NCBI GenBank assembly: GCA_021421665.1 | Contig: GCA_021421665.1_4698.1 | Direction: 5' to 3' (one strand) | Length of the DNA: 32,908 nucleotides | Source: a phage | In this document: piece by piece, positions 16,100-26,610 of the stretch | Position numbering within the stretch: the first letter of the stretch is position 1 | How the letters are laid out: each line of letters begins with the position of its first letter | Translations under genes and position numbers: made by a program | Notes under the pieces: model-generated | Seen by the model: only the letters and a program-made list of their open reading frames with translations | Told to the model about the DNA's origin: nothing | The model's database searches: none

Positions 16100-18504
16100 T
16101 GGAAGTACAAGGTTCATTAGGTAGACAAATCCAAGGCATAAGCCAGCAACCTCCAGCAGTGCGCTTAGATGGTCAGTGTACGGCTATGGTCAACATGGTC
16201 CCTGACGTAGTGAACGGAACACAATCCCGCATGGGTACAACTCACATTGCAAAGGTACTTGATGCAGGCACTGATGATATGGCTACTCATCATTATCGCA
16301 GGGGTGATGGTGATGAGGAGTATTTCTTTACTTTAAAGAAAGGACAAGTACCTGAAATCTTCGATAAGTATGGGCGTAAATGTAATGTAGCTTCTCAAGA
16401 TGCACCTATGACATATCTCAATGAAGTGGTTAACCCAAGAGAAGATGTGCAGTTCATGACTATTGCAGATGTGACATTTATGCTTAATCGTCGAAAGGTA
16501 GTTCGCACAAGGGAAGATCGTTCCCCTAATGTAGGTGCTACAGCTTTAGTCTTTTGCGCTTATGGTCAATATGGTACTATATATCAAATCATTATTAACG
16601 GTGCGGTGGCAGCAGAATATCGCACTAAAGATGGGGGAAGTGCAGACCACGTAGAGACAATACGAACAGAGGTTATAGCAGAACAGTTGTTTGTTAAGCT
16701 ACAGCAATGGTCCGGTGTAAGTGCATATGATGTATATCGAATGGGGACCACTATCGTTATCACCAGTAAATCCGGTGATACAGAGTTCACAGTAAACACA
16801 GAGGATGGTGCTAAAGGAAAAGATTTAGTTGCCATTAAATACAAGGTTAGCTCCACTGATCTTTTACCCAGTAAAGCGCCGGAAGGTTATAAAGTACAAA
16901 TATGGCCCACTGGAAGTAAACCTGAATCACGTTACTGGCTACAAGCCGAGAAGTCAGAGGGAAACCTTGTTACATGGAAAGAGACTATAGCTGCCGATGT
17001 TAAACTTGGTTTTGATAAAGGAACCATGCCTTACATTATTGAACGCACAGGAATCATTGATGGTATTGCGCAGTTTAGGATTAGACAAGGCGATTGGGAG
17101 GACCGCAAGGTAGGCGATGACCTTACTAACCCCATGCCCTCCTTCATTGATGATGAAGTTCCTCAGAAAATTGGTGGTATGTTTATGGTACAGAACCGCT
17201 TGTGCTTTACGGCAGGTGAAGCAGTCATTGCATCTCGTACTTCTTACTTCTTTGATTTCTTCCGATATACGGTGATCTCTGCTCTGGCCACAGACCCTTT
17301 CGACATCTTCTCCGATGCAAGTGAGGTTTATCAATTAAAACATGCAGTAACTCTTGACGGAGCTACGGTATTGTTCTCTGATAAATCCCAGTTCATCTTG
17401 CCGGGAGATAAGTCACTAGAGAAGGCTAATGCTTTACTTAAACCAGTAACAACTTTTGAAGTAAACAATAAGGTTAAGCCTGTTGCCACTGGTGAATCTG
17501 TGATGTTCGCTGCAAGTGATGGTGCATACTCTGGTGTGCGAGAGTTCTATACTGATTCTTATAGTGACACTAAGAAGGCACAGGCAATCACTAGCCATGT
17601 GAATAAACTCATTGAAGGCAACATTATAGGCATGGAGTCTAGTACGAATGTGAATAGACTACTTGTTACGACGGATAAGCATCGTAATATAATCTACTGT
17701 TATGACTGGCTATGGCAGGGCACAGATCGTGTTCAATCGGCTTGGCATATATGGGAGTGGCCTTTGGGTACAAAGGTGCGAGGTATGTTTTATTCTGGTG
17801 AACTGCTTTATCTGCTTCTTGAGAGAGGCAATGGTGTATATCTGGAGAAGATGGACACTGGTGATGCACTTACCTACGGTTTAAGTGATCGTATTAGAAT
17901 GGATAGGCAGGCAGAGTTGGTCTTCAACTATTTCAAAGCAGAAGATGAATGGATCTCTGAACCACTACCTTGGACCCCCACCCACCCAGAATTGTTGGAT
18001 TGTATCCTAATAGAGGGCTGGAACCCATATGTTGGAGGCTCTTTCTTATTCAGGTATAATTCCAGTAATAACACACTGTCTACAACTTTTGATATGCATG
18101 ATGGTGATCACGTAAAAGCAAAGGTTATTGTTGGACAACTTTACCACCAAGAGTTTGAACCAACACCTGTGGTTATCAGGGACAATCAAGACCGCGTATC
18201 ATATATTGATGTGCCTGTTGTGGGGTTGGTTCACCTCAACCTTGATATGTATCCCGATTTCTTAGTGGAAGTTAAGAATGTGAAGAGTGGTAAAGTGCGC
18301 AGAGTATTAGCGTCTAACCGCATAGGTGGTGCTCTCAACAATACAGTAGGTTATGTTAAACCTAGGGAAGGTGTCTTCAAGTTCCCACTGAGAGTTAAGA
18401 GCACTGATGTTGTTTATCGTATTATTGTAGAGTCGCCTCACACATTCCAGCTTCGTGATATTGAATGGGAGGGGAGTTATAATCCAACCAAGAGGAGGGT
18501 CTAA
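16099..18504 (+). CDS. tail tubular protein B (T7 gp12-like)
   Basis: N-terminus MEVQGSLGRQIQGISQQPPAVRLDGQ resembles recalled T7 gp12 MALISQSIKNLKGGISQQPDILRYPDQ; 801 aa; start overlaps upstream stop. Confidence 0.9.
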   Translation: MEVQGSLGRQIQGISQQPPAVRLDGQCTAMVNMVPDVVNGTQSRMGTTHIAKVLDAGTDDMATHHYRRGDGDEEYFFTLKKGQVPEIFDKYGRKCNVASQDAPMTYLNEVVNPREDVQFMTIADVTFMLNRRKVVRTREDRSPNVGATALVFCAYGQYGTIYQIIINGAVAAEYRTKDGGSADHVETIRTEVIAEQLFVKLQQWSGVSAYDVYRMGTTIVITSKSGDTEFTVNTEDGAKGKDLVAIKYKVSSTDLLPSKAPEGYKVQIWPTGSKPESRYWLQAEKSEGNLVTWKETIAADVKLGFDKGTMPYIIERTGIIDGIAQFRIRQGDWEDRKVGDDLTNPMPSFIDDEVPQKIGGMFMVQNRLCFTAGEAVIASRTSYFFDFFRYTVISALATDPFDIFSDASEVYQLKHAVTLDGATVLFSDKSQFILPGDKSLEKANALLKPVTTFEVNNKVKPVATGESVMFAASDGAYSGVREFYTDSYSDTKKAQAITSHVNKLIEGNIIGMESSTNVNRLLVTTDKHRNIIYCYDWLWQGTDRVQSAWHIWEWPLGTKVRGMFYSGELLYLLLERGNGVYLEKMDTGDALTYGLSDRIRMDRQAELVFNYFKAEDEWISEPLPWTPTHPELLDCILIEGWNPYVGGSFLFRYNSSNNTLSTTFDMHDGDHVKAKVIVGQLYHQEFEPTPVVIRDNQDRVSYIDVPVVGLVHLNLDMYPDFLVEVKNVKSGKVRRVLASNRIGGALNNTVGYVKPREGVFKFPLRVKSTDVVYRIIVESPHTFQLRDIEWEGSYNPTKRRV

Positions 18505-19232
18505 TGGCTATAGGTTCAGCCGTTATGGCTGGTATGTCTTCTATTGGCAGTATGTTTGCAGGTAGTGGTGCAGCAGCCGCTGCTGGAGGGACTGCCGCAA
18601 CAGTAGGTGGCGGAGGTTTACTAGGTTCCGTGGGAGGTTTCCTAAGTGGTTCCACTGGTGGCTTCTCCAATGCAGGCTTGCTTAGTGCAGGTATGCAAGG
18701 TCTAGGGCTTATAGGTAACCTTTTTGGTGGAAGGGATGAAGCCAAAGCTATGAAGAGGGCTCAGGAGGAGCAATGGCGGCAGCAGTTAATTGCTACGCAG
18801 GAGGCATACAAAACAGTGGCAGATGCAGAACGCTCTGCTGCTAAACAGTACCATGCCGACGCAATAAGTAATCAGGCTTCTCTGCTACAGCAGCGAGCAC
18901 AGGTTGCATTGCTTGCTGGTGCTACTGGTACTGGTGGTAACTCTGTGTCTTCTATGCTAAACGACTTAGCAGCAGAAGGCGGCAGGAACCAGAGTACAAT
19001 TATTGATAACTATGAGAATCAGAAGATTAACTTCACTAATCAGCTTAAGTCTATTCAGCGTGGCGGACAGATGCAAATGCGTGAGTTTAAGAAGCCTTCT
19101 GCTGTAAGCACCTTGGTTCAAGGTATCCCGAGTCTGGCTTCTGCCTATGTAACAGGTAGTAAATCGGGTATGGCATTAGGTAAAGCATTAACTGATTCTC
19201 GTACCTATTCATCTGGAACAAGAGGTATTTAA
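18504..19232 (+). CDS. internal virion protein (gp14-like)
   Basis: 242 aa with Gly/Ala-rich N-terminus and Gln-rich helical region; translationally coupled within the structural block. Confidence 0.65.
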   Translation: MAIGSAVMAGMSSIGSMFAGSGAAAAAGGTAATVGGGGLLGSVGGFLSGSTGGFSNAGLLSAGMQGLGLIGNLFGGRDEAKAMKRAQEEQWRQQLIATQEAYKTVADAERSAAKQYHADAISNQASLLQQRAQVALLAGATGTGGNSVSSMLNDLAAEGGRNQSTIIDNYENQKINFTNQLKSIQRGGQMQMREFKKPSAVSTLVQGIPSLASAYVTGSKSGMALGKALTDSRTYSSGTRGI

Positions 19233-22180
19233 TGGCAATTGAGCGACAAGCAGTACAAGGTCTGCCACAAGTGCAGGCCACTTCTCCTAATGTCATGACC
19301 TTTGCACCTCAGCGAGTTGGAGGTGTGGAGGCTGGCGTGGCTTCTACCTCCGGTAGTCGATTTATCGAAGACCTTATTCGAGCAGCCAGCAGTGTAGCTG
19401 ATGTTACCACTGGTATCCTTAATCAGAAGATTGAGGAAGATAAGGTTGTTCAAATGGAACGGGCATATAATGGACTGATGCCTTCTGAGGATGCAACTCG
19501 TGGCGGCGCTCGTGCTAACATGCTTGTCAAGGCTCAACTGCTGGCAAATGACGAAGCAGCACGGATGAAGGATATGGCTACTCGTTTCCAAGGAACGGAT
19601 GATGAGTGGACACAACTCATGGTTGATTCTCGTAATGAGATGCAGAATAAGCTGTTCCAGCAATACCCAGAGCTGCAAGGTGACAAAGATACAATGCGTA
19701 TGGTCACTAACGTCTTCCAAGAGCAGCAGCCTCAGATTTGGGCTACACGAACACAGCATAAACTTGACCGGGAACAGGCAGACCGTGAAGATACCTTTGA
19801 TGGGCGAGTGGCTTCTACTTGGGATTCCAGCATCGACCCAGAAGCCTCTGGTTATGCTTTACAGGAAAGAATCCGCGAAGGACTGACACAGGGCTTACTT
19901 CCTGAGCAGATGCACAAGAAGCTGGTGGCGCGGGCTATTTCACTTGCTCAGGGTGGTGATATCAGCATGGCTGAAGCCTTGAAGTACGTGAAGGACGATA
20001 AGGGTGTTTCTGTCTATGCTAAGAATCCGCAGCTTATCACAGCTATCACTAACGGTAATGCAGTTTGGGCTAGGAATAATGTTGCTGATGTGACTCGCAT
20101 GTCTTTTGAAGTCAAAGAATCCTATCTTGCAGGTGACTTGACGGATGAAGAATTACTGGAGCGAGCACAGCACATTAATAGCCTGACAGGGAACTCTGTT
20201 TTCTCTAATCCAGAACTAGAAGCATTGATGCGCCAACGAGCTAAGCAGAATGCAGAGCTAGGTGCAATGCAGGATATGCGACGTGAACTTTACTCTGACC
20301 GTATGACTGGCTTCCAAGGCAAGACGGATAAAGAGAAGAAAGCCTATGTTGATCTTATCAAGCAAGATAGTCAAACCTATGCAGACCAGCAAATCAAACA
20401 ACGAGGTGTGGACCCTTACAGCCAAGAGGCTGAAGCCATACGTGGTGAAGTAGAAGTACAGCGCCTGCAATTCATGAACTCAAAAGGGTTGGTGGATGAT
20501 ACCTTTGAATCCCGCATCAAAGCGATGGAGTCTTTGCTATCACCAGAGCACTTTGCTAAAGGTGAACCACAGGAATTACTGACCATTCGTAAATTGTGGG
20601 AGCAGCTACCTGAAGAGAGCCGAGGTGTCTTTGGTGACACTGTAAACGGTTATATGGATAATTACTCTACTGCCTTACAAATGGGTGAGACGCCTTTGCA
20701 GGCTGCAAGGTTTGCACGTGAAGCACAGCAGAAATTCTCTCGTACTGAGAAAGAAACTAAGAAGTTCAACTCAGCTATTGGAGATGCATTGGATGTAGTA
20801 TCAGGTGCTGGCTGGTTCGATGGTAAGACAGAAGTGTCTGACTTAGGTAAAGCTATTGCAGAAGAAGAACTACGGGCTAAGGCTAATATGTTGTGGTCTA
20901 GCGGTATGCGTAACATGGATTCCATCAAGAAGGCTTTAATTACTTGGGGCAATAAACGTTACACTCAATCAGAAGATGCAAAGACTTCCGGTGGCTATTT
21001 CATTAAAGGTGATTACACTTCTGCATCTGATATGCTTATGTCAGTTGGGAAAGGCGTAAATCCTACCGATGTACCTCTGGCACTTGGTAGGTATGTAGAA
21101 ACACAGATGCCAGAATTGAAGAAGGAACTTCAAGAGTGGGAAACTAAAGATGATATATACATTGATTACAATGAACAGAAAGGTACTTTCGTGATTCGTG
21201 CTGGTGCAGCAGGTCGCCCTCTTTCTGGAGTAACCCCTATAACCTCTTTAGATACCACTTCACTGCTAGATTCTGCCTATCAGAAGAAAGTAGAAGAACG
21301 AGATAAAGGTGAGTATGTTCACCCGTATCGTACAGATATTGGTGCACAAGAACCTATGCCAGCTAAGCCAACTGCCAAAGATATTGGTAAGTTTGGCCTA
21401 GCTAACTTTCTCATGTCTTCTGCTTTCGCCTCTGGTGAGAATCTACCTTCTAACTTCGAAATTAACTATCGAGGAAATATGCAACAATTCTATGACAAGT
21501 TAGCTATGGATGAGAACAAAGACAAGGTTGGCTTTAATAATGCAACTGGTACTTTTACTCCATACAAAGATGCTCACGGTGAATCTATTGGTTATGGTCA
21601 CTTCTTGACGGAGGAAGAGAAGCGGAACGGGTACATTAAGATCGGAGATGAATTAGTCCCGTATCGAGGGTCTATGTCTCAGCTTACAGAGAGCAAAGCT
21701 CGTGCTCTTATGGAGCAAGACGCTAAGAAGCATGTGCCACCCACTCGTGACTGGAAGATTCCATTTGACCAGATGCATCCTGCACAGCAACGTGGTTTGA
21801 TGGACTTAACCTACAATCTAGGTAAAGGTGGAATCCAAAATGCACCACGTGCTCTTGCTGCATTCAAGGCGGGTAAACTTACTGAAGGCTTTATCGAAAT
21901 GCTTGGCACTGCATCTAGTGAAGGTAAGCGTATCCCTGGCCTACTGAAGCGACGCGCTGAGGCTTACAATATGGCATCTGCTGGTGGTGTACCTAAGATT
22001 ACCGAAGTAGAAACTCGTGAAGATGGTTCTATGTGGGTTAAGTTCGGTGGACCTATGCCAGCAGGTTCTGTCTCAGCGTGGACTCATAAACGTATTGGTG
22101 CGGATGGCTGGTATCAAGTTTATGAGGCTGCACCTACCAAGTTAGCTAAAGGCTCTAAAGTAGGTAAAGTTAAGTTGTAG
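19232..22180 (+). CDS. internal virion (ejection) protein with C-terminal T4-lysozyme-like (GH24) domain
   Basis: 982 aa; C-terminal block YKDAHGESIGYGHFLT...GLMDLTYNLGKGG resembles recalled T4 lysozyme YKDTEGYYTIGIGHLLT...AINMVFQMGETG. Confidence 0.8.
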   Translation: MAIERQAVQGLPQVQATSPNVMTFAPQRVGGVEAGVASTSGSRFIEDLIRAASSVADVTTGILNQKIEEDKVVQMERAYNGLMPSEDATRGGARANMLVKAQLLANDEAARMKDMATRFQGTDDEWTQLMVDSRNEMQNKLFQQYPELQGDKDTMRMVTNVFQEQQPQIWATRTQHKLDREQADREDTFDGRVASTWDSSIDPEASGYALQERIREGLTQGLLPEQMHKKLVARAISLAQGGDISMAEALKYVKDDKGVSVYAKNPQLITAITNGNAVWARNNVADVTRMSFEVKESYLAGDLTDEELLERAQHINSLTGNSVFSNPELEALMRQRAKQNAELGAMQDMRRELYSDRMTGFQGKTDKEKKAYVDLIKQDSQTYADQQIKQRGVDPYSQEAEAIRGEVEVQRLQFMNSKGLVDDTFESRIKAMESLLSPEHFAKGEPQELLTIRKLWEQLPEESRGVFGDTVNGYMDNYSTALQMGETPLQAARFAREAQQKFSRTEKETKKFNSAIGDALDVVSGAGWFDGKTEVSDLGKAIAEEELRAKANMLWSSGMRNMDSIKKALITWGNKRYTQSEDAKTSGGYFIKGDYTSASDMLMSVGKGVNPTDVPLALGRYVETQMPELKKELQEWETKDDIYIDYNEQKGTFVIRAGAAGRPLSGVTPITSLDTTSLLDSAYQKKVEERDKGEYVHPYRTDIGAQEPMPAKPTAKDIGKFGLANFLMSSAFASGENLPSNFEINYRGNMQQFYDKLAMDENKDKVGFNNATGTFTPYKDAHGESIGYGHFLTEEEKRNGYIKIGDELVPYRGSMSQLTESKARALMEQDAKKHVPPTRDWKIPFDQMHPAQQRGLMDLTYNLGKGGIQNAPRALAAFKAGKLTEGFIEMLGTASSEGKRIPGLLKRRAEAYNMASAGGVPKITEVETREDGSMWVKFGGPMPAGSVSAWTHKRIGADGWYQVYEAAPTKLAKGSKVGKVKL

Positions 22181-22194
22181 TACCTAACTCAAGG

Positions 22195-22222
22195 CTTGTC
22201 TCACATGTGAGACAGGTCTTTA
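22195..22222 (+). other. hairpin cttgtctcac-AT-gtgagacagg followed by TCTTTAT (family member)
   Basis: 9 to 10-bp stem seen directly; T-rich tract follows; between the two large internal virion protein genes. Confidence 0.4.
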
Positions 22223-22244
22223 TGATAGGCACTATGGAGGAACT

Positions 22245-25200
22245 ATGGAACAAGATATTAAGACTAATTGGGCTGGATATGTCCAGTCTACTCCTGAGCC
22301 GTTTTCTATTGAGGCGGCTCCGGTATCGGCTCCTACGATACGCCAGCGTAATGAGTTACAAGAGCAAGTTCTTGAAGCTAAAGCGGACGCGGATATCTTA
22401 GGGGCCGTAGGTGCTGCCTTCCAGAATGAGTGGTTGGCATTCGGAGGTAAGAGGTGGTATGACCGTGCCACTGCTGATTTCCCACCTCAGCCTGACTTTG
22501 AAATCCAGCCAGATCGACGTGAAGCACTCCGCTTCAAATATGGCACAGATATGATGCAGAAAATCATAGAAGGAGTCAGATCCGAGGATGAGCTAAACTT
22601 CCGTATTCAGAATGCAGATGATGACCTTGAGCGTAACAAACGTATCGCTCAGGCAGGCTGGGTAGGATCTGTGGCAACGATTGGCGCTGCTGTGCTTGAC
22701 CCTGTGGGATGGGTTGCCTCTATCCCAACTGGCGGTGCAGCTAAGGTTGGACTTGTAGGGCGTGCTGTACGTGGTGCTGTCGCTGCTGGTGTGAGTAATG
22801 CCGCTATTGAGTCCGTATTAGTCCAAGGCGACATGACCCGTGATTTAGATGACATTATGGTAGCACTAGGCTCCGGTATGGCTATGGGTGGCGTCATTGG
22901 CGCTGTAGCGCGTGGTAGGGCCACTAAGCTCAGTGAGCAAGGGGATGACAGAGCGGCAAGCGTTGTGCGCAGTGCAGATGCAGGGGACCGCTATGTTCGC
23001 GCCGTTGCCGATGACAGTATCGGTGCGATGCGTGTTAAGGGCGCAGAGGTTCTCACTGAGGGTGCATTCGATATCCCCAGCAAAGGTGAAGATTTACTGA
23101 AAACCTTACAGCGAGAAGGTAATGCGATTGATATGACACCTCGCCGCTGGGCAGGAACTATGTCTGCCCTTGGTACTGTCGTGCATTCCTCTCAGGATGC
23201 AAGTATCCGAGGTCTTGGTGCTCGCCTGTTTGAATCTCCCCAAGGCTTAGGTATGCAGAAGGCATCTGCTAGTCTCATGCAGAATACTAACTTGAATCGC
23301 CTGAAGTCTGCCGATATGAACCGTTTTAATGATGGGTTTGATTTATGGCTTAAAGAGAATAACATCAATCCAGTGGCAGGGCATACCAACTCTCATTATA
23401 TACAGCAATACAATGAAAAGGTGTGGGAGGCAGTACGTATTGGCATGGACGAGTCTACACCTAAGTCTATCCGTATGGCGGCTGAGGGACAACAGACTAT
23501 GTACAGAGAGGCGCTGGCTTTACGTCAACGCTCTGGTGAAGCGGGGTTTGAAAAGGTAAAAGCTGACAACAAATATATGCCTGATATCTTTGATAGTATG
23601 AAAGCCAGAAGTCAATTTGCTATGCATGATAAAGAAGATATCATTGAGTTATTCTCTCGCGCTTACCAGAATGGCGCTCGTAAGATTCCAAAGGAAGCAG
23701 CAGATGAGATTGCACGAGCACAGGTAAATCGTGTTGCTGATGCTACCTTAACTGGACGGCTTAGTTTTGAAAAGGCAATGTCAGGTCAAACCAAGGCAGA
23801 GTATGAAGCTATCATGCGCAAGGCTGGCTTTAGTGATGAAGAGATTGAAAAGATGGTAGAAGCTCTGGATAACAAGGAAACCAGAGATAATATCTCTAAC
23901 CGAGCTAAGATGAGCCTAGGGTTAGATGTTACTCAAGAGTACAATGGCATTCGTATGCGTGATTTCATGAATACCAATGTGGAAGAGCTAACGGATAACT
24001 ATATGAAAGAGGCGGCAGGTGGTGCTGCATTGGCTCGCCAAGGTTTCTCTACCTATCAGGCGGCGCTTAATGCAATTGACCTTGTAGAACGAAATGCACG
24101 AAACGCCGCTAAGGATAGTAAAGCAAGCCTAGCCTTAGATGAAGAAATTCGACAGATGCGGGAAGGCATTCGTCTAATCATGGGCAAGTCTATTGATGCG
24201 GACCCTCAAGCGTTATCCACTAAAATGATGCGCCGTGGTCGTGATATAACGGGTGTACTCAGATTGGGCCAGATGGGGTTTGCACAGCTAGGCGAACTTG
24301 CTAACTTCATGGGTGAGTTTGGTGTTGCTGCAACCACTCTGGCTTTAGGTAAGCAATTCCGCTTCACCTCTAAGGCTTTGCGTAATGGCGATGGCTTCTT
24401 CCGAGATAAGAACTTGGCAGAAGTAGAGCGAATGGTAGGCTACATTGGTGAGGATAACTGGTTAACAACCAAGGGTGCACGTCCCGATGAGTTTGGTGAT
24501 GTAACCACAGTGCGAGGGATGATGGCCCACTTTGACCAATCCATGAACTCAATACGCCGTGCTCAGACAAACCTATCACTCTTCCGCATGGCTCAAGGTT
24601 CTCTGGAGCGAATGACTAATAGGCAAATAGCCCTATCTTTCATTGACCACCTTGAAGGTAAGAAGGTTATTCCTCAGAAGAAACTGGAGGAACTTGGTCT
24701 TACTCAAGAGTTCATGTCTAGTCTACAGAAGCACTACGATGCTAATTCTAAGGGTTCTGGTCTGCTTGGCTTCGATACCATGCCTTATGCAATGGGTGAA
24801 ACCTTAGCTAATGCTATCCGTCGTAAGTCTGGTTTAATTATTCAGCGTAACTTCATTGGTGATGAAGGTATTTGGATGAACAAAGCACTAGGTAAGACGT
24901 TTGCACAGCTTAAGTCATTCTCTCTGGTATCTGGTGAGAAGCAATTCGGCCGAGGTATCCGGCATGATAAGATCGGTCTAGCTAAGAAGACAGCCTTTGG
25001 CTTTGCTTTGGGTTCGATGGTGTATGCAGCGAAAGCCTATGTGAACTCTATCGGACGAGAAGACCAAGATGAATATCTTGAAGAGAAGTTATCGCCTAAA
25101 GGATTAGCCTTTGGTGCGATGGGCATGATGAGTACAACTGCTGTATTTAGTTTAGGTGGAGACTTCTTAGGCGGCCTAGGTGTTCTACCTTCTGAGTTAG

Positions 25201-25430
25201 TGCAATCCCGTTATGAGGCTGGCTTTCAGACTAAGGGTTTGATAGACCAAATACCATTAGTAGGTGTTGGTCAAGATGCATACCGTTTAGCAGATTCTAT
25301 AACTAAGTATGCAGAGGGTGATACAGATGGTGTAGATGTAGCACGTAGAGTTTTACGCTTAGTGCCACTGACTAATGTAATAGGTGTCCAAAACGCATTG
25401 CGTTATGGCTTAGATGAACTGGAGGACTGA
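22245..25430 (+). CDS. large internal virion / core protein (gp16-like)
   Basis: 1061 aa, largest gene of the block; GGAGG SD; Gly/Ala-rich segment suggests a membrane-interacting region; assignment by size and position. Confidence 0.75.
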   Translation: MEQDIKTNWAGYVQSTPEPFSIEAAPVSAPTIRQRNELQEQVLEAKADADILGAVGAAFQNEWLAFGGKRWYDRATADFPPQPDFEIQPDRREALRFKYGTDMMQKIIEGVRSEDELNFRIQNADDDLERNKRIAQAGWVGSVATIGAAVLDPVGWVASIPTGGAAKVGLVGRAVRGAVAAGVSNAAIESVLVQGDMTRDLDDIMVALGSGMAMGGVIGAVARGRATKLSEQGDDRAASVVRSADAGDRYVRAVADDSIGAMRVKGAEVLTEGAFDIPSKGEDLLKTLQREGNAIDMTPRRWAGTMSALGTVVHSSQDASIRGLGARLFESPQGLGMQKASASLMQNTNLNRLKSADMNRFNDGFDLWLKENNINPVAGHTNSHYIQQYNEKVWEAVRIGMDESTPKSIRMAAEGQQTMYREALALRQRSGEAGFEKVKADNKYMPDIFDSMKARSQFAMHDKEDIIELFSRAYQNGARKIPKEAADEIARAQVNRVADATLTGRLSFEKAMSGQTKAEYEAIMRKAGFSDEEIEKMVEALDNKETRDNISNRAKMSLGLDVTQEYNGIRMRDFMNTNVEELTDNYMKEAAGGAALARQGFSTYQAALNAIDLVERNARNAAKDSKASLALDEEIRQMREGIRLIMGKSIDADPQALSTKMMRRGRDITGVLRLGQMGFAQLGELANFMGEFGVAATTLALGKQFRFTSKALRNGDGFFRDKNLAEVERMVGYIGEDNWLTTKGARPDEFGDVTTVRGMMAHFDQSMNSIRRAQTNLSLFRMAQGSLERMTNRQIALSFIDHLEGKKVIPQKKLEELGLTQEFMSSLQKHYDANSKGSGLLGFDTMPYAMGETLANAIRRKSGLIIQRNFIGDEGIWMNKALGKTFAQLKSFSLVSGEKQFGRGIRHDKIGLAKKTAFGFALGSMVYAAKAYVNSIGREDQDEYLEEKLSPKGLAFGAMGMMSTTAVFSLGGDFLGGLGVLPSELVQSRYEAGFQTKGLIDQIPLVGVGQDAYRLADSITKYAEGDTDGVDVARRVLRLVPLTNVIGVQNALRYGLDELED

Positions 25431-26404
25431 TGGGTTATACTTTCACAGAACACACAGCCAACGGTACGCAAGTGACTTATCCTTTTAGGTTTGCTGGTAG
25501 GGATAAGGGTTATCTTCGTGCCTCAGATGTAAGAGTGGATACTCTTCAAGGTGATACTTGGACTAAGGTCACATCTGGCTGGCAACTAACTGGTACAAAC
25601 CAGATTACTTTTGATGTAGCACCAGCAGCAGGTTTGAAGATTCGTATTCGAAGGGAAGTACCAAAAGAGAACCCATATGCAGAGTTTGACCGTGGTGTTA
25701 CCCTTGATATGAAATCTTTGAATGGTTCCTTTATTCATAACCTAGAGGCAACCCAAGAACTTCTAGATGGGTTTTACCCTGAAGGGTACTACATCAAACA
25801 GAATGTATCATGGGGCGGTAATAAGATTACAGACCTAGCAGATGGTACAGCACCAAATGATGCAGTGAATAAAGGGCAGCTTGACTCCATTGATAAGAAA
25901 CACACAGACTGGAATAAGACGCAAGATGAGCAGATTGATGGTATCATTCGTAGCTTCGTCAGCAACGTATCCCACCGTTCTTTACCTTGGACCTATTCAG
26001 CAGTAGGTGGTGAAGATAAGGTAAAACCTCCTTTCTTCTTCCAAGCAGCACTAGTGTGGCGCGACGGTGTATATCAGGATGAGCAAGCTGGTGCTTTTGA
26101 AATCAGAGATAATACTATATTTCTAGCTAAGCCTTTGCTTAGAAAAGGTGAGCGCGTGTCTGTTCTCCTTGGCTCTCGTGTAGCAGTACCAGACAAAGGT
26201 GAGGTTCTCCAGCTTGAGTTCAACACAGTGGCAGGCTATACGGAGATAAATCTAGGTATGCGTGTATCAGAGGTGTCTGTCTTTCTTGATGGGCTTCTCC
26301 AATCTCTAGGCTCTTATAAGCTTATAGATGACAATAAGTTGGTATTTAGTGAGCCACTACCAGATTGCACCGTACTGGTTCAAGTTAAATCTGATACAAA
26401 GTAG
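25430..26404 (+). CDS. tail fiber/tailspike adaptor protein (T7 gp17 N-terminal-domain-like)
   Basis: 324 aa; N-terminus TANGTQVTYPFRFAGRDKGYLRASDVRV resembles the T7 gp17 N-terminal virion-attachment region; no long receptor-binding domain. Confidence 0.7.
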   Translation: MGYTFTEHTANGTQVTYPFRFAGRDKGYLRASDVRVDTLQGDTWTKVTSGWQLTGTNQITFDVAPAAGLKIRIRREVPKENPYAEFDRGVTLDMKSLNGSFIHNLEATQELLDGFYPEGYYIKQNVSWGGNKITDLADGTAPNDAVNKGQLDSIDKKHTDWNKTQDEQIDGIIRSFVSNVSHRSLPWTYSAVGGEDKVKPPFFFQAALVWRDGVYQDEQAGAFEIRDNTIFLAKPLLRKGERVSVLLGSRVAVPDKGEVLQLEFNTVAGYTEINLGMRVSEVSVFLDGLLQSLGSYKLIDDNKLVFSEPLPDCTVLVQVKSDTK

Positions 26405-26415
26405 GAGGTGTATTT

Positions 26416-26610
26416 GTGGTAGACTCAGATATCATCAATGATACGCTGAAGTGGGTTCCGGGTGGTATTGTAACCAGTACAACCCTCTTAGGTATCAGTT
26501 GGGAAAACTGGGTTTACATCTTAACCGCAATCTATACTATGTTGCAGATTGGGGAATGGGTATGGACCCGAGTTATAGGATGGAGGGAGAAGCGTGAGCG
26601 TACACAATAA
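26416..26610 (+). CDS. holin (T7 gp17.5-like)
   Basis: GTG start 7 nt after AGGAGG; 64 aa, one transmembrane segment; SWENWVYILTAIYTMLQIGEWV resembles recalled T7 gp17.5 SLNEWFYVAAIAYTVVQIGAKV. Confidence 0.8.
   Translation: MVDSDIINDTLKWVPGGIVTSTTLLGISWENWVYILTAIYTMLQIGEWVWTRVIGWREKRERTQ

Noticed and set aside
18422-18745. Minus-strand ORFs throughout the window (for example 18422..18745, 5024..5629, 13504..13911, 11200..11631, 22649..22924)
   Set aside because: All are antisense to well-supported + strand genes, lack SD sequences and have low-complexity translations; T7-like genomes are transcribed from one strand.
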